From positions 24,614,001-24,678,000 of the forward strand of contig OZ024760.1 in NCBI GenBank assembly GCA_964016885.1: 64,000 nt of DNA, written 5' to 3'. Below the pieces are notes generated by a model, which worked only from the letters and a program-made list of their open reading frames with translations, had not been told where the DNA came from and searched no databases. Below, piece by piece: positions 29,410 through 41,553 of the stretch. Position 1 is the stretch's first letter, and the number at the start of each line of letters is the position of its first letter. The stretch is from Eledone cirrhosa (Eukaryota). The position numbers and the translations under genes were made by a program.

Positions 29410-29879
29410 ACAAAAAACACACACTGATACACACACACACAAATATATATATACATATATATAAAACTGTGAATTCTCTGTATCACCAGAAACGGGAGAC
29501 AAAATATCTTCCTGTATTCGGTTACGCTACTTTACATCTTTAGCTTAAAATTATCCCCCTGGGTGTGGGGTCTATGTAGCGGTACATGGAGGAAATGATG
29601 TGTGATGGTGGAGGAACCATGCGGAGGTACAATATCTCCTTAATTTTTTCTTTTCTTCTTCCGTAATCGATAAACCAATTACAATTGTAGACATAAATCT
29701 ATCTCACCCTCACGGAAAGATGAGCTGGCATTTCGCCTATGTTAGAAATTGAAACTATAATTATTTTCAATTACTTTCTTCTTCTTCTTCTTCTTCTTCT
29801 TCTTCTTCTTCTTCTTCTTCTTCTTCTTCTTCTTCTTCTTCTTCTTCTTCTTCTTCTTCTTCTTCTTCTTCTTCTTTGC

Positions 29880-30008
29880 TTTCTTTCTGTGATGCGCCCC
29901 TCTTCCTTCACTCGATGTAAGAACCCTCGCCGCCGACAATGTTTTTTTTTTGTTTTTGTCGTTTTATTGTCCCCAATCTCTTGGTCCCTTCTTGCCAATA
30001 AAAGAAAC
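29880..30008 (+). mobile_element. Tx1-family 3' terminal fragment
   Basis: TTGTCCCC...GCCAATAAAAGAAAC then ATTATT, matching the 3' ends at 39247-39288 and 57517-57556. Preceded by (TTC)n. Confidence 0.55.
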
Positions 30009-31293
30009 CATTATTATTTAGAATATCGTTAGACCTTCGGCTGAAATTGTTTAAGGTATTCAGTTACGATTCTGTGCGTTCTGAGGTCAAATCCCGTCGA
30101 GGTTAACTTTGCCTTTTATCAACTTGTTTTTGTTTTCGATTAGAAATATACTTTTATTTTCTAGGATATAATTACATAAAAATAATTGAGCAGTATCTGA
30201 TAAAACGAAAACGCATTATTAAAGTGGACAGAAAGGAAAGGAAGAAGTGGAAACGAAAATAAATATAAAAGATAAAATGATCAAGAAAATCAACGAGAGA
30301 AAAGAAGAGGGACATATATTACAATTCTGTCTGAGTGGTACCACAGACAAAACGGCAAAAACACTACCACGAGATTGGCCAGCCACCTGCTGCAACAGCC
30401 ATCCACTTGATGGGGCTACCTCCTCACGTGGCCCGCAGTCTTTCCTATTTAACGGAGGAAATCAGCATTGTGGAGAGCAAGCACATCCCATGGCTCGACG
30501 GAGACCGGTAATCTGGGAGACCAAGGACGCCAGAGGTCTAGGTCTCGATGGAGACTGTTACAAAAAGGAAACGGTCCATCAGGCTCCAGTATTTAACTCT
30601 CTTCCTCTCCACTGTGGTAATGTGGGGAGGCCAAGAACGCCAGAGGTCTCCACGGAGACTGGTGCAAAGAAGAAGCTATCTGTCAGGCTCCGTTATCTAA
30701 TTATCTTCAACTCCCCTGTGGTAATCTGGGACATCGAGGAAACCAAAGGTCTAGGACCCGACAGAGACTGGTGCAAAGAGGAACCCATCGGTGAGGCTCC
30801 GGAATATAACTATCATCCTTTCCTCTCCATTGCGGGCAACGGTGTCCGGGTTTGTGGCCGAAGCTACAAGATTGTAGGCAGAGAACGAGTTGTTGCAAGT
30901 CGCAGCCTTTCGTTGTCGCTATGACTAGTGAAGCAGTGAGAATGATGTTTCATTAACTCTTCAATTGATTCTAAAGCTTCCACAAACTGCAACATATAAA
31001 GTACAGCTACTCCAATCATACAAGAAAAATACATGTTCTGACCGGCACCACGTGACACACGGTATACCAACGAGGTATATAGAAAACTTAACCATCATGC
31101 CAAACAAAACTATCATAGAAAGTATTTTACTAAAATATATGTTATTCATATCTATATATATATGCACCCATAGCACCGTAGCACCCGAGGGAGTTGTAGT
31201 GGTACCATTTTGACAACGGCGCTTTTTGGCCATTTTAAAACATGGCGGAAACCAACTTTCCTCAAGGTCTCAACACAGCAGATTTCTTCCAGA

Positions 31294-31612
31294 TAATTGT
31301 TTCAACTTTTGGCACAAGGCCAGCAATTACCCAGTACATTACTGGTACTTTATTTTATCGACCCCCGTAAGGATGAAAGGCAAAGTTAACCTGGACGGGA
31401 TTTGAACTCAAACCGTAAAGGGACGTAACTATGCTAGAAAATATGGCGTCCGAATCTCTACCGATATTGCCAATTCACATAATGATGGATAGTGAGTAAA
31501 TTTAAATTGAAGATATATAGATGAAGTATCGACCCCAGTACTTGAGTGGTACTGTTTTTATCGACATCGGATGGATGAAAAGTAAACTTGAGATAGACGG
31601 GATTTCAACTCA
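31294..31612 (-). mobile_element. SINE copy (31294-31479) plus an older partial copy (~31520-31612)
   Basis: Reverse-complement matches to the same SINE. Confidence 0.75.
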
Positions 31613-31909
31613 TATTGATTAATTATTACAAATTTTACCATCGAATTTCCTGCACTAAATCGAAGTATATCGCCATTCAACAGGAACAATGGCCGTTATC
31701 ACTTGGGAAAAACACATTATATATGAGTGAATCACATGTCCTGTCATAGCCAATGGTATAGTGAAGTCTTGATAGCCCCATGAAATTTAGTAACGGTATG
31801 TGTAAGACCGTGGATAAAAATATATTATCCCCTAGTTTATGTATTGAGAACAATTTTTAAAATGTCTGTTAGGCACAAAGACTATATATATGCAAATATA
31901 AAACCTATA

Positions 31910-31952
<43 letters not shown>

Positions 31953-32139
31953 AGAGTCAGAACCCCGACGGCTGATCTCCGGCTTTTTCGACAACTAGAT
32001 CCGACCTAAGCCACCAGTATTAGGACGGCAGGAATCTAGCTGAATTTATCAAAGGATTCAGTCTTTATATGGGCATGCAGTAAAAGCAAAAAAAAAAAAA
32101 AAAAAAAAAAATCTAAGCAAAAGATCCGAAAAATTTGTT

Positions 32140-32188
<49 letters not shown>

Positions 32189-32208
32189 AATATACATTGT
32201 TTATGTAC

Positions 32209-32348
<140 letters not shown>

Positions 32349-32452
32349 CGCTTATACACCGTCCAAAGTCATGTGAGACAGACGTAAATTTAATTTATTG
32401 CATCCTATAATCACGATTTACTACCTTGTTGTGACTGTTACACTTGTGCCTA

Positions 32453-32505
<53 letters not shown>

Positions 32506-32658
32506 TTTTATATGTATACATCTCTGTGTGTGTATATAAGTGTATGCGTGTAAGTGTGTGTGTGAATGTACGTGTATGCTTCTAAGAAGAGGTCTGCAGG
32601 AATATATGTGAACAAATGCTAAGGCTACACTTCTATTACATATATCAATGTATAGACA

Positions 32659-32698
<40 letters not shown>

Positions 32699-32715
32699 CA
32701 GTGAAACCTATATAC

Positions 32716-32798
<83 letters not shown>

Positions 32799-32824
32799 CA
32801 GTGAAACCTATATACATACGTGTG

Positions 32825-32955
<131 letters not shown>

Positions 32956-33087
32956 TTATATATATATACATATATATATATATGTATACATATATATATA
33001 TGTCTATGTATACATATATATATGTATATGTATGTACTTTTGTTTGTTGTCTCCTTGAACTATATATATATATATATATACATACAC

Positions 33088-33121
<34 letters not shown>

Positions 33122-33472
33122 GTGTGTGTATGTGTATACATACACATAAAATCGATTCATGCGCTAAGAAGTATACTCTCACGCATACACACATACACAC
33201 ATACACATACTCACATATATGAATATATATAAAGAGAAACTGATACCCTCTCACTCACCGACACACACAAACACAATTACGTACATGTATATATATTTAT
33301 ACACACACACGCGCACACACTCACACTATACACCTCCTCGTTAGACAAAACACTGTCTCAGTCAACTTACACGAGCCACACCAACAACAGAATTAAATTA
33401 TAATCATTATTATTTTTTATTATTACTTTTAGTGCTGTTGTTGTTATTGTATTTGTTATTATTATTGTTGTT

Positions 33473-33508
<36 letters not shown>

Positions 33509-33717
33509 GACGAAAGTGGATGTACGTTTTTTGAAGCTCCGTGAGTAAGCAATTTTTGAGGATTAATTGTAGAGAATTGTTTATTTTTTGTACCGCTGAA
33601 GCATTATAAGACATTAATTTGTATCCTGTGAAGGAATAACTCATAATATTTGGGCCTTTTGGCCCAAATATTTGAACTTTATTTTGAAAAAAATAATAAT
33701 TTTTTTCTCAAAAAAAC

Positions 33718-35580
33718 ATGGCGGAGCCACGCCCCCTAGAGGCGGGTCTGCTGTCGTGCAACGGCGACTTGAGCGTTGAGAGGAGAGGTGAGGCGAGGAG
33801 CGCCACCAGCACGAATGTGAGCAGCGACAGTGCCAGCACCAACGGGCCGAGCGGCGCGGAAGGTGGTAACAGCGACAACACCAACACCAACAAGCCGAAC
33901 AGCGCAGAAGGTGGTAATAGCGAGAGCACCAACAAGGCCAACAGCACAGAAGGTAACCACGACACAGGGGAGAACAACAACAGCAATAGCAGCAGCAACA
34001 CCAACAAGAACAACAACAGTGACAACACCAACAAGAACACTTTCGCTGCTGTGGCAGCGGCTAAAAGGAGACCATGCTACAGCATCGACTTAACCAACAG
34101 AGAGGAAAAGTTGGCCCAGGCCTGGAAAATCATAAATCAAGAGCAGACCTGGGCAAACTTAACTGTCCCGGCAGAAGCCATTGAGGCAGTGGAAAAAAGA
34201 ACGGTGCATTTCAGATGCATCTCAGTAGAGACAAAGAGGGCAGCGATAATCGCCCAAGCTGACATAGAAGCCGCACTGAAATACATCAGAGAGGACACAG
34301 ACTTCATAGAGAGGGGCAGGCAATACGGCACCGTTTCGGTGCTGTTCAAGTCTGAAGCCCTCGCTGTGAAGCATTCAATGACCCCTTGCAAAACCAGCAA
34401 GGTCATAATGTACCCCTCCCACATGGGAAAACGAATAGCACGTGTGCGCATTCCCAGGATTCCACCAGGACTTGATATGTGGTGGCTCCTGGGTTGCGTA
34501 ATCGTGGAAGGAACGGATACAGTCCCGGTAGAGGCAACGAGAACTGCCAGGGACGACTGGTCCGGGGTTGATCTGGAGATACTGCTCCAAATCAGACCCG
34601 AAAACGTAAAAACAATCCCGGACCACATCCGCCTCCAAAACGGGAGGGTGTTGCATATAATGACTGAGGGCAAAAGGCCGCATTGTTTCCTTTGTGGGGA
34701 AACGACACACTTGCGAGCCTTCTGCCCTCAACTGCCGAAAAGCGCAAGGGGTCGAAAGATTCCACTGCTGGCGACGCCGGGACAAGGACCACCAGCAACA
34801 CCGTCAACAATGGAACCACCAAAATTGCACACCCAGGGGGGAAACGAGGAAAGCTCTCCCATTCCCCCTCCCCCCCAAAATACACACACGAACAAGAACA
34901 TAAACACTCACTCAGACACAAACACGCTCACAGCCACAGACCCCTCATCCTCCAGCAGTGAAGATGAGGGAAAACCAAAGTCCCCCAAAATACAAAAAAC
35001 AAAACACAAAAAAAAAAGAAATCCACAAAGCACAAACACCCCCACAAAAAAAAATACACACACCACCCACACAAACATTTTCCCCACAGCATCACCAACA
35101 CAACCACCAAAATCCCCCAAACGCAAACAAGCTAAACAGACACAAGAACAAATAGACACACAAACATCAGAAACTACAGACACCCCACCCACAACAAACG
35201 CAGACACAATAGAAACAACACTAACAAAGCTATCACCACCACAATCACACGAACAAATAAAACCCGAGCAACAAAACATTAAAAACTTCGTGCTTGCCAG
35301 AAGGGCCAACAAGGAATTGATGGCCCATGTAGCACGAAGCACAAACATCGAAAAAGACGGGGAAACATTTGAAGCGAGCACATTTCGCGTACCAGATAAT
35401 TTGCTTCTGATGCGAATGTCGCTCGCTTCATACAAAGAAATTCGAAAGAGCTTTCCTCGGGATGTGGGAACCCCGAACGTAAAACCCACGTCAAGACTAT
35501 TAAAGGGGTTCCCAAAAGAAACCCCACAAACCATGGAGGTCGAACCACCCGACCTTCACAAGACCCCGGAAGGTAAGTAA
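33718..35580 (+). CDS. LINE ORF1 (gag-like nucleic-acid-binding protein), 620 aa
   Basis: Zinc knuckle CFLCGETTHLRAFC (CX2CX4HX4C). N/S-rich N-terminus, TFAAVAAA motif typical of Tx1 ORF1, P/T/K-rich disordered C-terminal half. Confidence 0.88.
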   Translation: MAEPRPLEAGLLSCNGDLSVERRGEARSATSTNVSSDSASTNGPSGAEGGNSDNTNTNKPNSAEGGNSESTNKANSTEGNHDTGENNNSNSSSNTNKNNNSDNTNKNTFAAVAAAKRRPCYSIDLTNREEKLAQAWKIINQEQTWANLTVPAEAIEAVEKRTVHFRCISVETKRAAIIAQADIEAALKYIREDTDFIERGRQYGTVSVLFKSEALAVKHSMTPCKTSKVIMYPSHMGKRIARVRIPRIPPGLDMWWLLGCVIVEGTDTVPVEATRTARDDWSGVDLEILLQIRPENVKTIPDHIRLQNGRVLHIMTEGKRPHCFLCGETTHLRAFCPQLPKSARGRKIPLLATPGQGPPATPSTMEPPKLHTQGGNEESSPIPPPPQNTHTNKNINTHSDTNTLTATDPSSSSSEDEGKPKSPKIQKTKHKKKRNPQSTNTPTKKNTHTTHTNIFPTASPTQPPKSPKRKQAKQTQEQIDTQTSETTDTPPTTNADTIETTLTKLSPPQSHEQIKPEQQNIKNFVLARRANKELMAHVARSTNIEKDGETFEASTFRVPDNLLLMRMSLASYKEIRKSFPRDVGTPNVKPTSRLLKGFPKETPQTMEVEPPDLHKTPEGK

Positions 35581-35609
35581 ACCTTTCCTCTCTCATTCAT
35601 CCTGCCAGC

Positions 35610-38600
35610 ATGGCCATAAGAGTAGGAAGTTTAAATGTTCGTGGCCTGGGGTCGCCCTGGAAGCAAGGTCACTTGCTCAACGACCTCAGGTCACTAGGAA
35701 TGGATGTAATTGCCATCAGCGAGACCAGAATTTCCGACACACGCGCACTGGCGCCGATTTTCGACGATTATCAGATCTTTGCATCTGTTAGTCGGCCGGG
35801 AATGGGAGGTGGAGTGGCTGTGCTGTTTAGGAAATGTCTGGATCTCGAGGTAAGGTCAATCTTCCGGGATCCTGACGGAAAGTTGGTGGTCCTGGACGTG
35901 AGCAATAGCGAAGGTGGTGCCTTTAGACTGGTGGCCGTCTACGCCCCTACTGGGGCCGGTCGGCCGGACTTCTTTAGGCGCCTGGAAAACTTTCTGCTTA
36001 CGTCTCGCCCTTTACTGTTAATAGGGGATTGGAATGGCATCTTAGAAGCACGCTGGGATTGTGTGGGAGTATCTGATAGGAGCGGGGGGTGCAAAAGCCT
36101 CAAGTACCTGATCAGCCAGTTTCAACTGTCTGACAGGTACCGACTAGATTTCCCTAATGCGCCAGTATGGACCTGGACCAATCGCATAGGGTCATCTAGA
36201 TCGTACATAGATAGGATTTTCATTAGGAAAAGAGATAGAAATAGTGTAGGATGTCCACATTTTAAAACGGTTGCCTATTCAGATCACAAGCTTGTGATCT
36301 GTATGGTCGACCTAGATAAGACACGTAGGTTAGGACCTAGCTACTGGAAGCTAAACATGTCGTTTCCGGCACGTAAAGCTTACAGGGACCGGGTCAACAA
36401 CTTAGTTAAGCAAAAGTTGACAGGGGGGGTTGTCAACAACAGGTGGTGGGGGGCACTCAAAAGAGAGATTAGAGCAACCTCGATAGGATTTAGCAAAGAA
36501 GTAGCAATAGAGAAAAATAGAAAGGAGGAGGGGCTGATAGCTAAGTTAGACGAGGCTATTTGTAGTGGCATTGCAACAGACGTGCTAGCGGCGAGAATGG
36601 CACTAGACCATTTCTTCAATGCGAAACACGAAGGTTGCATTGTCAGAGCTAAGGCGCGTGCTCTGAGGAACGAGGGAACCAAAGCTGCCCGATGGGCTCG
36701 CTTTGCAGAGACGCAGCGTGGAAATAAAACCACAATTCGGTCTTTGACGGATCGAGATGGACACGAACTGAGCGATTCCAAGCAGATGTGTGAGGCCTTT
36801 CGCCAGCACTTTGCTCGATTGTTCGGGAGGATGGGTGAGTCGGAGACGGCGGCGGACTTCAGTCCCTACCTCGACGGCTTGCCACGCCTCTCGACGGCCG
36901 ACGCTGAGCGCTGCGAAGAGCCGATAACATCAGCCGAAATTCAGGACGCCCTTGTCGGCTGCTCGAGTCGCAAGTCACCCGGTTTGGATGGTCTGCCCTA
37001 CGAGCTTTACGTAAATATGCCAGACTTGTTCTCCGATCTCCTCGAAGCGCTCTACTGCAACTGGCAGCAGAACGGGAGCATTCCCAGTTCTGTGAGCCGT
37101 GGCGTAGTGACGCTGATAAGGAAAGACGAGAACAAGAGGGACACACTAGATAATTTCAGGCCCATAACCCTGCTCAACACAGAGTTTAAGATTTTGGCCA
37201 AGGTGTTAGCGAAAAGGTTGGCGCTTGTCGTCAAAGATTTGGTTGGGGAGGCGCAAACTTGCGCAATCCCGACCAGGTCCATACACGACAACCTCCACCT
37301 CATGCGATACATCATAGAGAGGGTTGGGTGCAAACCTGGCTTCGGTGGGGCTCTGATCAATTTAGATCAATCGAAAGCATTCGATAGGGTCGACCATCGG
37401 TACTTGGAGGCTGTCCTCGAGGCGGCTGGCTTCGGCCCCGTCTTCAGAAGCTGGATCGCTGCAATGTACAGCGGCATCCGCTCGGTGGTCAAAGTTAATG
37501 GCCACCTCTCGGAACCGTTTCAGATCTCTCGATCGGTCCGTCAAGGGTGCCCTCTCTCCTCACTTCTGTACGTATTGACTCTTGAGCCTCTACTGCGGAA
37601 GCTGGAGTTGTTGCAGGGCATCCCGCTCGAACCGGGACGTAGAAAGGCTGCGTCCGCTTATGCGGACGACATCACCGTGATGGTGTCGGACACCTCGGAA
37701 ATCGAGGTGATCCGCACCCATTTGGAGGAATATGAAAGGTTGACGGGAGCAAAACTTAACCCGGAAAAGTCGGTGGGCTTGCAGCTCGGCACCTGGAGAG
37801 GCAAGTCCATGCCGTCCAACAGCGTCGTTGGGCGCTGGACAGACGGACCGGTAAAGTTGCTCGGGGTTTGGTTCGGACCAGACCTCCAGGTGGATAAGAA
37901 TTGGGACGAGGTGACGAGCAGGATAGCCAACCTCACCCAGAAATGGGCTGAGAGAAAGCTATCACTGAAAGGGCGGGCGGAGGTGGCGAACGCGTACATC
38001 GCGTCCGTCATCTACTACCGCCTGACCGTCGTGCCTTGCCCCCGTCCACGCCTCGCCAATTTGGAACGGCTCCTTTTCAAATTTTTGTGGAGGGGACGGG
38101 TCCCGTTGGTGAGGCGGTCCATCTGCTGCCAGCACCCTCTTCGTGGAGGGCTGGGCATGCCGTGGCTAATGATGCGCAGACATGCGCTGAGGCTGCGACA
38201 TCTCCAGATATTTTGCCTAAACGGTGAACAGGTGTGGTCGCCGTTTGTTAGACGGGCCTTTCCGCAGCTCATCTCTTTGACTGAGCTGCAGTCCTGGGTC
38301 AAGAAGAGACCGAGACTGGGCGACTGGCATCTGGAATGTTGCCAGGCGCTCACTGCACTCTGCAAGGTGGGCAATGCGGTCAGTGGAACTTCCACTCAAG
38401 ATTTCTATAGAAGATTAGTGGAGGGCAAGTGCGATGACGTACTAGGAGAGGCTCTGGGCGTCAACGAAGTAGAACTGACCAGTATGTTCCGGAGGACTTT
38501 CGAGCCGGGGACGATGGATAACTTCCAGAAATCCCTCGCTTGGCAGTGCTACCGGGGGGCGCTGCCGGTTCGGGATAAACTCTACAGGCACGGAAGTGCT

Positions 38601-39029
38601 GTCAGACGAACCTGCCCGAGATGCGCGCAGAGCGACGAAACCGTTCTGCACGCACTCGTCCAGTGTCCGTGCATTGCTGACTTGTGGGGTTATGTCGAAC
38701 AGCTATTGTCGCGTGTAGAACGGATCCGGCTATCGTCCGAGTCCATAGTGAAGATTCACCCGCCGCCTTCTTTTGGTCAGGAAGGGCAGGCAATTTTCCT
38801 CTGCCTGGTGGCAGTAGCGAAAGAGGTTGCATGGTGGACCAGGTTGAAAGGACTGAAGACAGACACTTTTCTCTTCGGCCAATCCCTCATCAACTTCTTC
38901 AAGTTTCACTTGGAAAGGAAGGTGAGGGTGGAGAGAGAAGTGCTGCCCCCCAGTACATTTACTGAAAGGTGGGTGAATGTGGCGAGAATGGCCCGCGTGA
39001 GTGGGCCTACTCTGATCATGCGCCTGTAG
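35610..39029 (+). CDS. LINE ORF2: apurinic-like endonuclease + reverse transcriptase + C-terminal zinc finger, 1139 aa
   Basis: APE motifs SLNVRGL, ISET, VYAP, GDWN, IDRIF, SDH. RT motifs KSPGLDGLP, FRPITLLN, LDQSKAFDRV, RQGCPLS, YADD. C-terminal CPRC...ETVLHALVQC. Confidence 0.96.
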   Translation: MAIRVGSLNVRGLGSPWKQGHLLNDLRSLGMDVIAISETRISDTRALAPIFDDYQIFASVSRPGMGGGVAVLFRKCLDLEVRSIFRDPDGKLVVLDVSNSEGGAFRLVAVYAPTGAGRPDFFRRLENFLLTSRPLLLIGDWNGILEARWDCVGVSDRSGGCKSLKYLISQFQLSDRYRLDFPNAPVWTWTNRIGSSRSYIDRIFIRKRDRNSVGCPHFKTVAYSDHKLVICMVDLDKTRRLGPSYWKLNMSFPARKAYRDRVNNLVKQKLTGGVVNNRWWGALKREIRATSIGFSKEVAIEKNRKEEGLIAKLDEAICSGIATDVLAARMALDHFFNAKHEGCIVRAKARALRNEGTKAARWARFAETQRGNKTTIRSLTDRDGHELSDSKQMCEAFRQHFARLFGRMGESETAADFSPYLDGLPRLSTADAERCEEPITSAEIQDALVGCSSRKSPGLDGLPYELYVNMPDLFSDLLEALYCNWQQNGSIPSSVSRGVVTLIRKDENKRDTLDNFRPITLLNTEFKILAKVLAKRLALVVKDLVGEAQTCAIPTRSIHDNLHLMRYIIERVGCKPGFGGALINLDQSKAFDRVDHRYLEAVLEAAGFGPVFRSWIAAMYSGIRSVVKVNGHLSEPFQISRSVRQGCPLSSLLYVLTLEPLLRKLELLQGIPLEPGRRKAASAYADDITVMVSDTSEIEVIRTHLEEYERLTGAKLNPEKSVGLQLGTWRGKSMPSNSVVGRWTDGPVKLLGVWFGPDLQVDKNWDEVTSRIANLTQKWAERKLSLKGRAEVANAYIASVIYYRLTVVPCPRPRLANLERLLFKFLWRGRVPLVRRSICCQHPLRGGLGMPWLMMRRHALRLRHLQIFCLNGEQVWSPFVRRAFPQLISLTELQSWVKKRPRLGDWHLECCQALTALCKVGNAVSGTSTQDFYRRLVEGKCDDVLGEALGVNEVELTSMFRRTFEPGTMDNFQKSLAWQCYRGALPVRDKLYRHGSAVRRTCPRCAQSDETVLHALVQCPCIADLWGYVEQLLSRVERIRLSSESIVKIHPPPSFGQEGQAIFLCLVAVAKEVAWWTRLKGLKTDTFLFGQSLINFFKFHLERKVRVEREVLPPSTFTERWVNVARMARVSGPTLIMRL

Positions 39030-39286
39030 GCTGGTGAATTCGAGAAGGAGAGGGGTGCCCTTCCCGGGTGCCCTAGGAGCGTCGGGTGGCTCAGGACTGG
39101 TGGGGTGCTTGAGTCAACCCTGGGTGGTGATCCCTCTTATTGGGGAACTTTCATTGTTGTATTTTTATTGTTATTTTGTTTTTGTTTTTTTGTTATTTAT
39201 ACTTACTCGATCTCTATGTAAACCCCCACTGTCCCTGTCTATTGTGTTGTCCCCTATATGTCGGCCCTTGTGGCCAATAAATGAAA

Positions 39287-39361
<75 letters not shown>

Positions 39362-39773
39362 TATATTATATTATTGCTGTTGTTATTGTTGCTGGCAATT
39401 CTATTAAATTAATGCAGAGCTATTCAATGCCAAATTCGAAAGTCACATTGACCAATTACTCAGATAATAAATATATATATATAATGCGTGTCTGCAATAT
39501 TTCTGGTTACTGATATGTCGCTCCTGACATGACCTCCACTATGTAATCTTCGACCCGCTGCAACTATAACAATACTAGTTAGCTAGCCATGCTTTTATTG
39601 TTAATATTATTATGGGTTTTGTTAAGGTTGCTCTTATGTTGCTGTTGAGAGATTAGTATATATATATGCGTATATATATATATATATATATACGTATATA
39701 TATATATATATATATGCGTATATATATATATATATATATATATGCGTATATATATATATATATATATATATGC

Positions 39774-39842
<69 letters not shown>

Positions 39843-39961
39843 TATATATATATATGTATATGTATATACATATATGCATATACGTATGCATATACGTGTG
39901 TATATATGTATGTATGAATGTATGTATATATTATATATATATATAGTGTGAGAGAGAGAGA

Positions 39962-40032
<71 letters not shown>

Positions 40033-40036
<4 letters not shown>

Positions 40037-40268
40037 ATGTAATAAACAACATAGGATAGTTATTTCATTTACCAATGGTTTCTTGAAGACAGATACTTAT
40101 GCCTGCCTTCGTTCATGAGAAGAAATATTTTGAAGACCGACATAGGTATCTGTCTTCAAGAAACCATTGGTAAATGAAATAATTATGTTATGTTGTTTAT
40201 TACATAACTAAAAAGCTCTATAGCCTACATAGAGCACTCTCTTTTCCTTTACCTTTCCTACAGAAATA
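40033..40268 (+). mobile_element. Fold-back element of the 6360/55257 family, carrying only the 3' half of the hammerhead
   Basis: Arms 40033-40101 / 40141-40210. GAAA-ccattgGTA. Tail catagagcactct shared with 6531-6543. Confidence 0.65.
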
Positions 40269-41417
40269 CTTCATCTCTATATATATATATATACATATAT
40301 ATATATACATATATATATAGTTTCAGAAGATCCCGTTAAGGGTGAAAGCAGCGATTCTTTGCTTAAACTTTAATCTGTTATTTTAATAAATATATATATA
40401 TATAGGAACGGGTAGGACCCCGACGGCTGAGCTTAAGCCGTTTCTACGGCTAATTCTGAACTAGTCCAGAATTAGCCGTCGAAACGGCTTGAGCTCAGCC
40501 GTCGGGGTCCTACCCGTTCCTATTACCCACTCTGCTACCCTAAGTATTGAGTACTTTGGTCCATCTGGTTCCTTACCACATTTCCTTCGTTATATATATA
40601 TATAAAGAAAGTAAGTCCATAGAATCATTTAATAAAATATATACAGTATTTCCTCTCCCAATCACCATAATCAACCACATAAAAAATCAATTGAAACATG
40701 ATTTTGGTATGTTTATGTACATTTTTTCTTATAACTTTGATTTTGTACTTAGTTGTGTATGGTTAACTACATGTCTAGTCAGTTTCTACGGGTTATTAGA
40801 AATACTAGGTAAATCTTCTGTGGCTGTTGATCGCGGATAAAATAGCTATCATTTATTTATCTATTGTTTCTTCATAGGTACATTTTAAACTTATAGCCTC
40901 GTTTAATTGATTGTTTATGTGGTTAATTATGCTGATTGGGAGAAGAAATACTGTTGTTATTGCTGTTAATGTTGTTATCTTTGTGATTTTTATTACCAAC
41001 GTTGTAGTAGTCGTTGTTATTGTTGTTTTGGTTGTTGTTGTGGCTGTCTTTATATTTATTATTATCGTTGTTTTTTAGGATTTATTTTCATAAAGTGTTT
41101 GATTGAAATGTTTGATTGGTTTGAAATCTTCAGGTTGCTTGCCGTTCCTTTCCAATCTTCTTCGAAAAACAGCACACAAACACACGCACATACACACCCC
41201 TACATAATATTACACACACAGAGACAGACGCACACCCACACAGGCAGACACACACACTCATACACCCACAATTTCTCTCTCTAGTTAAGAGCAGTGACAC
41301 CATTTATCAATTTCGAACTATATACTTAAGAAAAGTAGCTTATAGATTTTGTAAACGTAAGCTTTTAGCGACATGAGAGCAAATGGTAGAAGAAGCTTAA
41401 CCGTAGGGCAGATAATT

Positions 41418-41473
<56 letters not shown>

Positions 41474-41553
41474 ATAAATTTCGTATTTCGAAAGAAATAC
41501 GATTTTAGGAAGCCGTAGCTATGCGAATATATATATATATATATATACATATA

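Larger units (their letters stand above)
33509..39288 (+). mobile_element. Full-length Tx1/L1-clade non-LTR retrotransposon inserted in an (ATT)n microsatellite
   Basis: Two long uninterrupted ORFs. GC content rises sharply against the flanks. ~210-bp 5' UTR starts right after (ATT)n at 33509. 3' UTR ends GGCCAATAAATGAAATC followed by (ATT)n. Confidence 0.93.

Noticed and set aside
33708-38965. Antisense and alternative-frame ORFs within the LINE
   Set aside because: Shadows of GC-rich ORF1/ORF2 codon usage.
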